Positions 53,363 through 63,517 are shown, counted from the first letter of the stretch. The stretch: 64,000 bases of DNA from Candidatus Dormibacteria bacterium (GCA_050734135.1 JBOHUG010000016.1:6532-70531); one strand, 5' to 3'. Notes: a model not told the origin generated them from the letters alone. Translations and numbers: made by a program.

Positions 53363-53445
53363 CCCACATAGGATCGCATCGGACCCCGCCGGTCGCTTGT
53401 TGGGGGGCCTGACGGGGTGTCGGGGCCGGCTTCGTTCGGGGTCCG

Positions 53446-55563
53446 TCAGTCGAACTCGAACACCAGCTCGTAGTGCCGCATCTGGCGCCGCAGACCAGGA
53501 TCACGCAGCTCGGGATCCCGGTCCAGCAACGCCTCGGCGGCGGATCGGGCCCGGCGTCGCAACTCCTCATCGAGCAGGTCCCCGACCCGCATCTCGGGGA
53601 GGCCGTGCTGGCGCAGACCGTAGGGCTCACCGGCACCCCGAAGCCGCAGGTCAATCTCGGCCAACTCGAACCCGTCCCGATGGTCCACCAGCGCCTGGAG
53701 CCGGCCCCGGCTGCTGGGGTCGGCGCTCTCTGCGAACAGCAGGCAGTGCGAAGGGTGGGGTCCGCGCCCGATCCGGCCCCGGAACTGGTGCAGTTGAGCC
53801 AGTCCGAAGCGGTCGGCGTTCTCGATCCCCATTACGGTGGCGTTGGGGACGTCGACCCCCACCTCGATGATGCTGGTGGCCACCAGGATGTCGAACTCGC
53901 CTCGGGCAAAGCCGTCCATGCGTTGCGCCTTTTCGCGAGCCGGCATCCGGCCGTGCAGCAGCGTCAGGCGCAGATCCGGCAGGACCTCGGTCTGGAGCCG
54001 CTCGAACTCAGTGGTCGCCGAGCGGGACTGCCGGAGCGGCGAGTCCTCGACCAACGGACAGATGATGAAACCCTGGCGGCCGGCCTCAACCTGCACTCTG
54101 ATGAACTGGTAGGCGGCCGCGCGCTCCTCGGGAGCGACCAGCCGGGTCTCGATCGGAATCCGGTCCGGCGGAAGCTGCCGAATCTGGCTCACGTCCAGGT
54201 CCCCATAGAGCGTCCGGGCCAGCGAACGGGGAATGGGAGTAGCGGTCATGGAGAGAAAATCCGGGTTGACCCGGGCCTTTTCCAGAAGTCGGAGCCGCTG
54301 GGCGACGCCGAAGCGGTGCTGCTCGTCGACGATACAGAGGCCGAGATCGGGGAGGGCGACCTCGTCCTCGATCAGGGCATGGGTTCCCACCACTAGCTGG
54401 TCGGAACCGGCCGCCAGACCGCCCAGGATCTCCCGGCGCACGGTGGCGGTGGTGCTGCCCACCAGCAACCGGGGCGCGATTCCCGAGCTGACCAGCAAGG
54501 CGGTCAGGGTCTCGAAGTGTTGCCGCGCCAGGATCTCCGTGGGTGCCATCAGTAACACCTGATGGCGAGCGGCGATCGCCATCCGGGCCGCCATCGCCGC
54601 CACCACCGTCTTTCCCGATCCGACATCGCCCTGGAGCAGTCGGTTCATCGGCGAGGGCCGGTCCATGTCGGTGAGGATCTCGTGGGCCGCGCGGCGCTGG
54701 TCGTCGGTGAGCTTGAATGGCAGCGAGGCTACAAACTCCCTGGCGATCCCCACGCTGTAGGGGCTGCGTACCCCGGAGCGTCGCAGCCGCTGGCGGCGGG
54801 CCATCAGCGCCGCCAGCTGGGGGTAGAAGAGCTCGTCGAACCCGAAGCGCAGCTGCGCCTGGTCGAGCGCGCTCTGGTCGGCCGGGAAATGAATGTCCCT
54901 GAGGGCCACCGCGAGCGATATCAACCCCTCCCGCCGGCGGATCTCAGGAGGCAGCGGGTCCTCGATGCTGGCGGCCAGCGGGAGCAGTTGGGCGACCTGG
55001 GCGCGGAGCCAGCGCGAGGTCACCCCGTAGGTCTCCGGATAGGTCGGCACCAGCACCCCGACGCTTGACTGGCTCACCACCTTGCGCTCCCGCTCCACGT
55101 CGGGGTTGCGCAGCTGCAGGGAACCCCGGCGGCCCCGGACGGCCTTGCCGTGGAGCGTGACCCGATCACCAGGTTTGAGCAGATGGCGGAGGTGCGGCTG
55201 GTTGAACCAGACCACCTCCACCACTCCAGTGCTGTCTCCGACCTCGCCCTCGATCAGCTCCATCTTTCGGTAACGGGCGCGGCGGGAGCGGAGGGCGATC
55301 ACTGCCACCTCGACGGTGGCGGGCTGGCCGCTGCGCAGCTGGGCCACCGTCACCCGCTCCCGCTGGTCGTCGTGGCTGCGGGGCAGATACCAGAGCAGGT
55401 CCCGGACGGTGCGACAGCCCAGCCGGCGCAATCCGTCCAACCGCGTTGCAGAGATCCGCGGCAGCTGGGACAGCGGCGTCTCTAGCGAGATCACCTGCCC
55501 CCCGGGCTGGGTCCGAATTGAAGCCGTACCCACGGCGGCGGCGCTTTTAGGACCGGGCTTCAA
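53446..55563 (-). CDS. recG: ATP-dependent DNA helicase RecG
   Basis: Wedge/OB N-terminus, GDVGSGKT, DEQHRFGV, and QLHQFRGRIGRG. Confidence 0.95.
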   Translation of the reverse strand: MKPGPKSAAAVGTASIRTQPGGQVISLETPLSQLPRISATRLDGLRRLGCRTVRDLLWYLPRSHDDQRERVTVAQLRSGQPATVEVAVIALRSRRARYRKMELIEGEVGDSTGVVEVVWFNQPHLRHLLKPGDRVTLHGKAVRGRRGSLQLRNPDVERERKVVSQSSVGVLVPTYPETYGVTSRWLRAQVAQLLPLAASIEDPLPPEIRRREGLISLAVALRDIHFPADQSALDQAQLRFGFDELFYPQLAALMARRQRLRRSGVRSPYSVGIAREFVASLPFKLTDDQRRAAHEILTDMDRPSPMNRLLQGDVGSGKTVVAAMAARMAIAARHQVLLMAPTEILARQHFETLTALLVSSGIAPRLLVGSTTATVRREILGGLAAGSDQLVVGTHALIEDEVALPDLGLCIVDEQHRFGVAQRLRLLEKARVNPDFLSMTATPIPRSLARTLYGDLDVSQIRQLPPDRIPIETRLVAPEERAAAYQFIRVQVEAGRQGFIICPLVEDSPLRQSRSATTEFERLQTEVLPDLRLTLLHGRMPAREKAQRMDGFARGEFDILVATSIIEVGVDVPNATVMGIENADRFGLAQLHQFRGRIGRGPHPSHCLLFAESADPSSRGRLQALVDHRDGFELAEIDLRLRGAGEPYGLRQHGLPEMRVGDLLDEELRRRARSAAEALLDRDPELRDPGLRRQMRHYELVFEFD

Positions 55564-56392
55564 GGTAGCAGTAGGCGAGCGTCCCCGGCCCGCAGTGGCT
55601 GCCGATCACCGGACTCGCGTGCTGGCGCAAGATGTCCATCCCGGGGAACGTCCCCCGGGCGGCTTGGGCCAGTCGGTCAGCCTCGGCGCCATCCCCCACC
55701 CAAAGGACTGCGCAGCGGGCCAGCGGTCGATGTTCTACTAGGAGCTCGCTGAGCCGGCGGATACCCGCGACCCGAGTGCGGACCCGCCCGATCGGGACCA
55801 CCGCACCGTCCTCACCAAGGCTGATCAGGGGCTTTATCGAGAGGGCGCTGCCTAGCATCGCCTGCACCCTGCCGATCCTCCCTCCCATCTGCAGATATCT
55901 CAAGGTGTCGAGCAGGCAGATGATTCCAGTTCGCTTCGGCATCGGCGCCAGCTCCCGAACGATCTCCTCGCTGGTGCGTCCCTCCTGGGCGAGCTCGATC
56001 GCCGCCAGCACCTGGAACCCGGTCCCCAGGCTCACGCTCCGGCTGTCGACTACATGGATCCTCGCCGGATCCACTGCCTGGGCGGCCACCGTCGCGGAAC
56101 CGACGGTGCCGCTCAGGGCTGCCGCGATGTGGATCGAAACGACCTCGTCGTCAGGGTTCGCGAGGAGGTGGCGGTAAACCGTCTCGAAGTCGCCTGGTGG
56201 CGGCTGAGAGGTATGGGGCGGTGCCTTGGCGCTGGCGAGCCGCTTCAGGAACTGCTCATCGTCAAGATCGACCCGGTCCTGAAACTCCCGGTCCCCGAAA
56301 TGCAGTCGCAGCGGCACCGTCACGACCCCGGCGGCTTGCCGCCGCCCTTCAGGGAGGTCGCAGGTGCTGTCGGTGACGATCCGAACGGTCAC
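55547..56392 (-). CDS. DegV-family fatty-acid-binding protein
   Basis: VRIVTDSTCDLP..., TSQPPPGDF, 281 aa. Confidence 0.85.
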   Translation of the reverse strand: MTVRIVTDSTCDLPEGRRQAAGVVTVPLRLHFGDREFQDRVDLDDEQFLKRLASAKAPPHTSQPPPGDFETVYRHLLANPDDEVVSIHIAAALSGTVGSATVAAQAVDPARIHVVDSRSVSLGTGFQVLAAIELAQEGRTSEEIVRELAPMPKRTGIICLLDTLRYLQMGGRIGRVQAMLGSALSIKPLISLGEDGAVVPIGRVRTRVAGIRRLSELLVEHRPLARCAVLWVGDGAEADRLAQAARGTFPGMDILRQHASPVIGSHCGPGTLAYCYLEARS

Positions 56393-56404
56393 CTCGACCC
56401 TTCG

Positions 56405-58093
56405 CTATTCAGCTGAAATGATGAACTGATAAAACGGCTGTCCGCCTTCGTGAACCTCCACCTCGAGTCCCGGGAACTTCGCCCTGATGGCCCGCTCCAG
56501 CCCCTCGCTGGTCTCGACTGTCATCTCACCACCACGGTAGAGAGTGATCACCTCGACGGAGCCCTCTGCGAGATTCTGGAGCGCCGAGAGCACCACCTGG
56601 TCAAGCTCGCGGCCACAGCTGACCAACCTGCCATCCAGCACCCCGATCAGCGCACCTTGGGGAACCTCCTGGTCTCCGAGCCGGCTGTCCCGAGCGGCCC
56701 TGGTCACCTCGACCGAGTGGACTCCCTCCATCGCCCGCTCCATCCGGTGCCGGTTCAACTCGAGAGGTACCTCGGGGTCGAACGCCAGAAGCGCCGCGAT
56801 CCCCTGGGGTAGATTGCGCGACGGGACCACCGCCGCTTCGCGAGATGAGATCGCGACCGCCTGCTCCGCCCCGAGCACGAGGTTGGCGTTGTTCGGAAGC
56901 AGTAGCACAACTTCGGCGCCGGCACCTTCGATCCCCTGCACGATCTCCTCGGTGGACGGGTTTTGGCTCTGCCCGCCTTCGACCACCACGGCAGCCCCCA
57001 GGCCCAGGAGCAGATCCCGGAAGCCATCCCCCTGGGCGACCGCGACCACGCCCAGCGGCCGCAGCGCCGGACCGGGAGCTGACGCGACCCCCAGCTCCTT
57101 GGCCCGCTGGTGTTGGGCGGTCATGTCCTCCACCTTGAGCCGCTCGATCGTCCCCAGCCGAGCGGCCCGGGACAGGAGCTCCCAAGGCGCCTTGGTGTGG
57201 AGGTGGACATGGAGCAGTCCTGGCTCGCCGACCACCAGCGCGGAGTCGTCCTCGGCGTCGTCGCCCAGCTGGGAGCGGATCTCAACCGGGTCGAGCTGGG
57301 CGCCGACCAGGGCGAACTCGGTGCAGTAGCCGAACCCACCCGGGGGCGCCACCAACACCGACGCCCCCCGGGGTGCGTCGGAGGCCGGGCTACCAGTCGG
57401 TTCGCCTTCGGGATCCGCCGCGAGGCCATACTTTCCCGAGGACTCTCCGATGACCCTCTCCGCCACGGCGCTCAGGATCACCGCTAGCCCGAAGCCGCCA
57501 GCGTCGACGACCCCCGCCTCCCGCAGCAGCTCCATCTGATCCCGGGTGCGCTCCACGGCCGCCCAGGACTCGGCCGCCACCGCCTCGGCCAGCTGGGCCA
57601 GTTCGCCCCCCCCGTTGAGGGCTTGCCGCGCCGCCCGGGCAGAGTCTCGGGCCACCGACAAGATGGTGCCCTCCACCGGCCTCTTCACGGCCAGATAGGC
57701 GACTCGAGAGCCCTCGGCGAGCGCCGTCGCCAAACTCTGCGCGTCCAGGGTCTCCTGATCCTGGGCAGCGACCGACCAGCCCCGCAGAACCTGAGACAGG
57801 ATGACCCCGGAGTTTCCTCGGGCGCCCATCAACGAGCCGTGCGCGGCGGCCCGGGTCACGGCGGAGACAGGGGCCTCATCGGGTAGTTGAGTGACCTCCG
57901 ACCAGGCTGCCTCCAGGGTCAGGTGCATGTTGGTGCCGGTATCACCGTCGGGCACCGGGAAAACGTTCAGTTCGTTGATGTGAGCCTTCTGCTCCCCCAG
58001 CCGCCGAAGCGCCCGGGCCAGTCCCTGGCGCAGCGCCGGGCCGGTCATGACCAGAGGCGGGCCCGGGGCGGCGATCGTTTCAGCCGCCGCCAT
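56405..58093 (-). CDS. DAK2-domain protein (YloV family, fatty-acid kinase FakA-like)
   Basis: LNVFPVPDGDTGTNM is the DAK2 signature. It sits between asp23 and degV. I chose the ATG start at 58093; 58132 is the alternative. Confidence 0.85.
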   Translation of the reverse strand: MAAAETIAAPGPPLVMTGPALRQGLARALRRLGEQKAHINELNVFPVPDGDTGTNMHLTLEAAWSEVTQLPDEAPVSAVTRAAAHGSLMGARGNSGVILSQVLRGWSVAAQDQETLDAQSLATALAEGSRVAYLAVKRPVEGTILSVARDSARAARQALNGGGELAQLAEAVAAESWAAVERTRDQMELLREAGVVDAGGFGLAVILSAVAERVIGESSGKYGLAADPEGEPTGSPASDAPRGASVLVAPPGGFGYCTEFALVGAQLDPVEIRSQLGDDAEDDSALVVGEPGLLHVHLHTKAPWELLSRAARLGTIERLKVEDMTAQHQRAKELGVASAPGPALRPLGVVAVAQGDGFRDLLLGLGAAVVVEGGQSQNPSTEEIVQGIEGAGAEVVLLLPNNANLVLGAEQAVAISSREAAVVPSRNLPQGIAALLAFDPEVPLELNRHRMERAMEGVHSVEVTRAARDSRLGDQEVPQGALIGVLDGRLVSCGRELDQVVLSALQNLAEGSVEVITLYRGGEMTVETSEGLERAIRAKFPGLEVEVHEGGQPFYQFIISAE

Positions 58094-58466
58094 CCTGTTC
58101 CTCGGGGGGCCTGATCCCCTGGACGTTGACATTGACTTGGAGCACGCGCAGACCGAGGTGGTGCTCCAGGCTGTACGCGACCGCGCTCATGAGGTTGTGG
58201 GCCACCTCCAAGATCCGGACCCCATGATCCACGATCACATACAGATCGACCCCCAGCCCGTCCTCCTCGACCCTCAACTCGATCCCCCGCTCGGCGTTAT
58301 CCCGATTGAGCAGTTCGGCCAGTCCGTCCCGGAGCCCCCGCGCGGACATGCCGACGATGCCGTAGCAATCGCCGGCCGCCTTGGCGGCCAGCATGGCCAC
58401 CACCCGCGGGGACACCTCCACTGATCCCAGCGCGTACGTCTGCAAGAGCGGCCGGTTACTTGGCAC
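58080..58466 (-). CDS. Asp23/Gls24-family alkaline shock protein
   Basis: GSVEVSPRVVAMLAAKAAGDCYGIVGM...GVDLYVIVDHGVRILEVAHNL...V.V.VQGI. Confidence 0.85.
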   Translation of the reverse strand: MPSNRPLLQTYALGSVEVSPRVVAMLAAKAAGDCYGIVGMSARGLRDGLAELLNRDNAERGIELRVEEDGLGVDLYVIVDHGVRILEVAHNLMSAVAYSLEHHLGLRVLQVNVNVQGIRPPEEQDGGG

Positions 58467-58613
58467 TGGCGCCTTCCTCTACTGGCGCTCGGGGCTGCCA
58501 TCCGGAGCGCCGGCTGGCCACCTGCGGCGCGGCTGGTAAACTGCGGCCGGAATCATACTCGGGGTCCGGTCCCGCCGGAAGGACCCTCAACATCAGCTTT
58601 CTTCGAGGTCGCC

Positions 58614-58805
58614 ATGGCGAAGCGGTGCGAGATCTGCGGTAAGGGGCCGGTGGCTGGCAGCAATGTGAGCCACTCCAAGGTACACACGCGTCGCCGCTTC
58701 ATGCCCAACTTGGTGTCGGCCCGGATCGCCCCGAAGGGAGGGGGACTGCCCCAGCGAATGCGGGTATGCACCCGTTGTCTGCGCACCTCGTCCAAGACCG
58801 TCTGA
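58614..58805 (+). CDS. rpmB: 50S ribosomal protein L28
   Basis: MAKRCEICGKGPVAGSNVSHSKVHTRRRFMPNL. Confidence 0.95.
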   Translation: MAKRCEICGKGPVAGSNVSHSKVHTRRRFMPNLVSARIAPKGGGLPQRMRVCTRCLRTSSKTV

Positions 58806-58845
58806 GCCCGCCCGGAGGGATTGTTTCCGCGGCAGGGGAGCGGAT

Positions 58846-59319
58846 TCAGGCCCGAGCCTGGCGGAGCTGGCGCAGCACGGAGACCATCTCCAGAGCGGTC
58901 TGCGCTGCCTCATAGCCCTTGTTCCCCAGTTTGCCGCCAGCCCGCTCCTCCGCCTGGGCCACGGAGTTCACCGTCAGCACCCCGAACCCGATCGGAAACC
59001 GGCGCGCGCTCAGAGCGCCGATCCCCGAGCTGACAGCCTCCGAGACGTACTCGAAATGCGGGGTCTCCCCGCGAATAACCGCACCCAGGGCGACCACAGC
59101 GTTGCAGTCACCACGGTCAATAAGCTCACCGACCACTGCCGGTATCTCAAAGCAGCCCGGAACCCAGACCAGTTCGATGTCATCCTCGCTGACCCCGTGC
59201 TGGCGCAGCGCCCGGCGGGCGCCCTCCACCAGCCGTTGCACGGTGGTCTCGTTGAACCTGGCCGCCACCAGGCCAATCCGAAGCCCCTGGCCATCCAAGA
59301 CTCCTTCGACCAATTTCAA
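58846..59319 (-). CDS. ribH: 6,7-dimethyl-8-ribityllumazine synthase
   Basis: RIGLVAARFN, VWVPGCFEIP, GAVIRGETPHFEYV. Confidence 0.95.
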   Translation of the reverse strand: MKLVEGVLDGQGLRIGLVAARFNETTVQRLVEGARRALRQHGVSEDDIELVWVPGCFEIPAVVGELIDRGDCNAVVALGAVIRGETPHFEYVSEAVSSGIGALSARRFPIGFGVLTVNSVAQAEERAGGKLGNKGYEAAQTALEMVSVLRQLRQARA

Positions 59320-60545
59320 GGGTCGCCCCCCGGGACCCGCTCGCTGGGCGCCAACACGTGGCCGAGCTTCTCCCGCTTGGTGGCCAGGTAGCGCTGGTTG
59401 TGGCGGTTGGCCGGGATCACGATGGGCACCCGCTCGATCATCTCCAATCCGTGCCCCTGGAGGCCGTAGTACTTGTGGGGGTTGTTGCTCATGACCCGGA
59501 GCCGGCGCAGGCCCAGGTCGGAGAGGATCTGACTTCCGATCTGGTAGTCGCGGCTGTCCGCTGGCAGGCCGAGTTCCAAGTTGGCCTCGACGGTGTCCCG
59601 CCCCTGATCCTGGAGGGCGTAAGCGCGCAGCTTGTCCATCAGGCCGATGCCTCGACCCTCCTGGCGCAGGTAGACCACTACCCCCTCCCCGGCCTCGCTG
59701 ATCTGGCGCATCGCCTGGTGCAGCTGCGCCTGGCAGTCACAGCGCTGGGACCCGAAGACATCGCCGGTCAGACACTCGCTGTGGACTCGGACCAGCGCCG
59801 GTCGCTCGGCGTGCGGTTCGCCAAAGACCAGCGCCAGATGAACAGCTCCGGTGATCCGGTCCAGGTAGCCGATCGCCCGCCAGCTCCCCGCTTCGGTGGG
59901 AATCGACGTCTCGGCACCCCGCTCCACCAGCTGCTCTCGCTGGCGCCGGTAGGAGATCAGGCCGTTGATGCTGATGATGGGGATCTGGTGCCGGATCCCG
60001 AACGCCTCCAACTGAGGCCGCCGGGCCATGGTGCCATCGGGGTTGGCGATCTCGCAAACCACCCCGGCCGGGTGCAACCCGGCCAGTCGGCAGAGATCAA
60101 TCACTGCCTCGGTGTGACCGGCCCGCTCCAGAACCCCGCCGGACCTCGCCCGAAGCGGAAAGATGTGACCGGGCCGGGCGAAGTCGGCCGCACTGAACTC
60201 AGGATCCGCCAGGGAGCGAATCGTGAAGGCCCGGTCCTGGGCGCTGATCCCGGTCGTGACCTCGTCCGCGACGGAATCGACCGAAACCGCAAAGGCGGTC
60301 CGGTAGCGGGAGGTGTTGTGCTCCATCATCGGCGGCAGCGCGAGCTCGTCGAGGCGCTCTGGCTCCATCGCTACACAGATCAGTCCCCGAGCCTCGGTCA
60401 TCATGAAATTGACCTTCTCCGGACTGGCCGCCTCCGCCGCCAGGCACAGGTCTCCCTCGTTCTCCCGGTCCTCATCGTCGACCACGATCACGAAATCTCC
60501 CCGGCCGAACGCTGCCAGCGCCTCTTCCAACCCGGTGAATCCCAC
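59316..60545 (-). CDS. ribBA: bifunctional 3,4-dihydroxy-2-butanone-4-phosphate synthase / GTP cyclohydrolase II
   Basis: DDEDRENEGDL (DHBPS), and VRVHSECLTGDVFGSQRCDC (GCH II zinc site). Confidence 0.95.
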   Translation of the reverse strand: MGFTGLEEALAAFGRGDFVIVVDDEDRENEGDLCLAAEAASPEKVNFMMTEARGLICVAMEPERLDELALPPMMEHNTSRYRTAFAVSVDSVADEVTTGISAQDRAFTIRSLADPEFSAADFARPGHIFPLRARSGGVLERAGHTEAVIDLCRLAGLHPAGVVCEIANPDGTMARRPQLEAFGIRHQIPIISINGLISYRRQREQLVERGAETSIPTEAGSWRAIGYLDRITGAVHLALVFGEPHAERPALVRVHSECLTGDVFGSQRCDCQAQLHQAMRQISEAGEGVVVYLRQEGRGIGLMDKLRAYALQDQGRDTVEANLELGLPADSRDYQIGSQILSDLGLRRLRVMSNNPHKYYGLQGHGLEMIERVPIVIPANRHNQRYLATKREKLGHVLAPSERVPGGDP

Positions 60546-60546
60546 C

Positions 60547-61209
60547 TCAGCCGCCTCCCGATGGCTTCGGCGCGTTCAGAGCAAGGCGCAGGACGGCGGC
60601 GTCAAGGTGCGGGGCCAGCAGTCGCTCCACGAGCTTGGCGACAGAGTCCGCCTCCAGGTTGACCACCGTCCCGGGCCGATACCCGGCCGCGACGGTCGTC
60701 TCCACGGTGTGGGGGATGAGCGAGACCGCGACCTCCGCCCCACCTCCGCCGGCCTCCTCGACCGCGACCAGGGTCAGCGAGCAGCCATCGATCGCGATCG
60801 ACCCCTGCGGTACGCAGTACCGAGCCACCTCGGCCGGAACTCTGACAGTGAGCCAAACCGCATTCTTCTCCGGCTCCATCGCGATCACCGCACCGGTGGC
60901 ATCGACGTGGCCGCTCACGAGGTGACCCCCGACTGGGGCCCCCAGGCTGAGGGCCGCCTCCAGGTTTACCGGTACTCCCGGCTGCAGCTGGCCAAGGTTC
61001 GCGCGCCGCATCGTCTCCGGGATCACCTCGACGGCGACTCGGCCGGCACCCCGGCGCACAACTGTCAAGCAGCAGCCATTGACCGCCACGCTGTCGCCGA
61101 CCCGCAGACGGCCCCAGTTCGCCGGATGGGCGATCACCAGCTCTCCCTGGAAATCCTCCGGGACAGCCTCGACCTCCCCCCGGGCAGAGACGATTCCGGA
61201 GAACACCAA
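60547..61209 (-). CDS. ribE: riboflavin synthase (alpha chain)
   Basis: MVFSGIVSARGEV..., internal duplication with GDSVAVNGCCLTV and GSIAIDGCSLTL. Confidence 0.9.
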   Translation of the reverse strand: MVFSGIVSARGEVEAVPEDFQGELVIAHPANWGRLRVGDSVAVNGCCLTVVRRGAGRVAVEVIPETMRRANLGQLQPGVPVNLEAALSLGAPVGGHLVSGHVDATGAVIAMEPEKNAVWLTVRVPAEVARYCVPQGSIAIDGCSLTLVAVEEAGGGGAEVAVSLIPHTVETTVAAGYRPGTVVNLEADSVAKLVERLLAPHLDAAVLRLALNAPKPSGGG

Positions 61210-62316
61210 CTACACCTCCGCCGTGAGCAGGAGGTCCGCCCCAAGCGGCTCCGCCCGGAGGGGGCCCAGGCGCCAGCCATCCGTGAGAGTGGCGGCGCCC
61301 TGGCCACCCACCGGCCCCGGCGCAGCGGTCCCACCGAGAAGGAGAGGGGCCACGAAGGCGGCGATCCGATCACCCAGTCGCTGGCCCCAGAACGAGCCGA
61401 GGAGAGTGGGGCCGCCCTCGACGAGCAGGCTCAGCACTTCGCGCTCACCCAGCTGCCGCAGGAGATCCGGCAGCGAGACCCGGCCTGCCACAGATGGGAT
61501 CGTCATCAGCTCGGCGCCGGCAGCGCTCAGTGCTCGGGCCCGGATCGGCTCCGCGTCGGCAGTGGTCGCAACCACCACGGGTGCTCCCTCGGTGGTCAAG
61601 ACCCGGGCAGTAGCTGGTGTCCGAAGCTGACTGTCCACGATCACCCGCAGCGGCTGGCGGAACCCCTGAGGCACCCCGCGGGCGGTCAAACGAGGATCGT
61701 CCGCCAGTACCGTCCCCAAACCGACCATGACCGCATCGTGCTCCGACCGCAGCTGGTGGGCCCGGGCGCGCGACGCTTCCGAGGTGATCCACTGCGACTC
61801 ACCCCCAGCGCTCGCCACCTTGCCATCCAGGCTCATGGCGATCTTCAACGTCACCGCCGGGCGACCCTGGGTGACCCACACCGCAAATTCCCGGATCAGC
61901 GCCCGCGCCTCCGCCTCACGCTCGCCTAGAGAGACGGCGACGCCAGCGGCCCGGAGTTCAGCCACTCCCCTCCCATGCACCTTCGGATTGGGATCCAGCG
62001 TCGCTACCTGCACCGCCGACACACCCGCCTCCAGCAGCCGCTTGGTACAGGCTCCGGTTCGCCCGGTGTGACAGCACGGCTCGAGCGTCACCCAAAGAGT
62101 CGCTCCCCGAGCCCGCTCACCGGCCTGTTCAAGAGCGACCACCTCGGCGTGCGGCGACCCGGCCCGGGCGTGGTGGCCCTCGCCGACCAGGCTCCCGTCC
62201 CGGGTGAGCACCGCGCCCACCATGGGGTTGGGGGATGTCCGGCCGCGGCCGAGTTGAGCCAAGATCAAGGCGCGGGCCATCGGATCGCCGCCAAGGTCGC
62301 CTGCCGCTGTGCTCAC
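61210..62316 (-). CDS. ribD: bifunctional diaminohydroxyphosphoribosylaminopyrimidine deaminase / 5-amino-6-(5-phosphoribosylamino)uracil reductase
   Basis: TSPNPMVGAVL, HAEVVAL, TLEPCCHTGRTGACT (CDA zinc site), then the reductase half. I place the start at the GTG at 62316, 5 nt after an AGGAG. The longer ORF runs through the riboswitch. Confidence 0.9.
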   Translation of the reverse strand: MSTAAGDLGGDPMARALILAQLGRGRTSPNPMVGAVLTRDGSLVGEGHHARAGSPHAEVVALEQAGERARGATLWVTLEPCCHTGRTGACTKRLLEAGVSAVQVATLDPNPKVHGRGVAELRAAGVAVSLGEREAEARALIREFAVWVTQGRPAVTLKIAMSLDGKVASAGGESQWITSEASRARAHQLRSEHDAVMVGLGTVLADDPRLTARGVPQGFRQPLRVIVDSQLRTPATARVLTTEGAPVVVATTADAEPIRARALSAAGAELMTIPSVAGRVSLPDLLRQLGEREVLSLLVEGGPTLLGSFWGQRLGDRIAAFVAPLLLGGTAAPGPVGGQGAATLTDGWRLGPLRAEPLGADLLLTAEV

Positions 62317-62370
62317 CACTACTCCTACTGCGAGGCAGGGAGTAGGGATCAGGCAAATGGGCGCCCGAGC

Positions 62371-62523
62371 CCGTCTTCTCCCATCCAGACTCGAGGTCGA
62401 ACTCGCCGTTCCACCTCTGACTGTCGGCCCCGGAATTCCACCGAGTCCTGCGCTTTGGGGTTCGACCCATCGCGCTCGCGGGCTGTGACCGCCGGTCGGG
62501 ATTCTCACCCTGCCCCGAAGACG
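62371..62523 (-). promoter_or_regulatory. FMN riboswitch (RFN element) in the rib operon leader
   Basis: The minus strand reads CGTCTTCGGGGCAGGGTGAGAATCCCGACCGGCGGT.ACAGCCCGCGAGC...GGTGGAATTCCGGGGCCGACAGT...AGTCTGGATGGGAGAAGACGG. These are the conserved RFN core blocks and the closing P1 helix (CGTCTTC/GAAGACG). Confidence 0.9.
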
Positions 62524-62542
62524 ACTTCAGCCTAGCACAGCC

Positions 62543-62908
62543 TCAGAGCGAGCTGGTCAACCTCTTGGGGGCGGTGAGGCGGTAGCTGTCTTCGATCAGA
62601 CCCTCCGCCTCGGTCCAGTCCACCGGCCGATCCAGTCGAACTCCAACCCAGCCGTACCGTCCGACGTAGGGGGGGACGAAGTAGCGGGCCGGGTCGCTGG
62701 CGGTGAGAGCCTGCTGGGTTCCCGCTCGCGCCTTGCACCAGAACGCGGTCTCGCCGTCACCGTGGTGATCGACGACGTGCATCACGAAGATTTTTCCCTT
62801 GACCTTGAAGGACGGATCGCCTACCCCGTCCGGGTCCTCGACCACTTCAGGGAAGCCGCGGCAGATACCGCGGAGCCGGAGGAACGCCGCCTCTGGATCC
62901 ACATTCAC
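62543..62908 (-). CDS. MmcQ/YjbR-family protein
   Basis: ...FLRLRGICRGFPEVVE......PSFKVKGKIFVM........FWCKA......L....P.RYFVPPYVGRYGWVGVRL is the YjbR pattern. I chose the GTG at 62908 to give the usual length of about 120 aa. The start is uncertain. Confidence 0.65.
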   Translation of the reverse strand: MNVDPEAAFLRLRGICRGFPEVVEDPDGVGDPSFKVKGKIFVMHVVDHHGDGETAFWCKARAGTQQALTASDPARYFVPPYVGRYGWVGVRLDRPVDWTEAEGLIEDSYRLTAPKRLTSSL

Positions 62909-63517
62909 TGAGGACGGGCAGATCGGCGCTTTGTCAACTGGAGAAACTCCCTCTCCGGGCCATGGAAGACGGTCGGGGCACCGGAGACAACCAAATTCGC
63001 CCGCTGCTCGGGATGGTGCTCTTGCCGATAGCGATCTTCGGCGAACATCCACCCTTTCCACAATCCGACCGTCTCGACGCCATCCCGCGCCAGGACGGGG
63101 CGCAGCCGCACCGTACTGGGGGCTGCGACCCAGATCATGCAATTAGCGTCAAGAATCCCACTCCCGTCGGCCGGATCCCACTCCTTCGCTGAGCACGATC
63201 GGCACCTCGGGCACTCCGACCCACTCCCGCAATTGGCCCGACGCTCCGTCCTAGCGTTGGTGCCGGCCCACCCAGCCGGCCCGGAGGGGAGTGATCACCT
63301 GCTCTTGCCGTCGGGGTCATCAGTCGATCTGGTTGTCAGCTGACGCAAAGTCGTCGGTGGGGACGATTGCGACCGGACAGATTCCGGGAGCCACCGACTC
63401 GAGGAGGGAGCTGCCTAGGTCGGTGAACAGGGTCAGCTCCGCGGTGGTCACCAGGAGAGTTGTCGCCGCCGCGGCGGCCGGTCGGTGGGTGCCGTGCCGG
63501 TAACATCAATCGGGCGT

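Noticed and set aside
60313-61929. 538-aa plus-strand ORF
   Set aside because: It is antisense to ribBA, ribE and ribD, all strongly supported. The composition is junk-like.
62317-62508. N-terminal extension of the ribD ORF
   Set aside because: It runs through the FMN riboswitch aptamer and its expression platform.
62909-63142. N-terminal 78 codons of the 199-aa ORF containing the YjbR domain
   Set aside because: The composition is Arg/Gly/Pro-rich and YjbR-family proteins are about 120 aa. The exact start remains uncertain.
63323-63451. 43-aa minus-strand ORF (VTTAELTLFTDLGSSLLESVAPGICPVAIVPTDDFASADNQID) in the 375-bp gap before tRNA-Leu(GAG)
   Set aside because: The composition is protein-like and faintly ferredoxin-tail-like. 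However, it has only a GTG start with no Shine-Dalgarno sequence, a single Cys and no family match. It may be a gene fragment.
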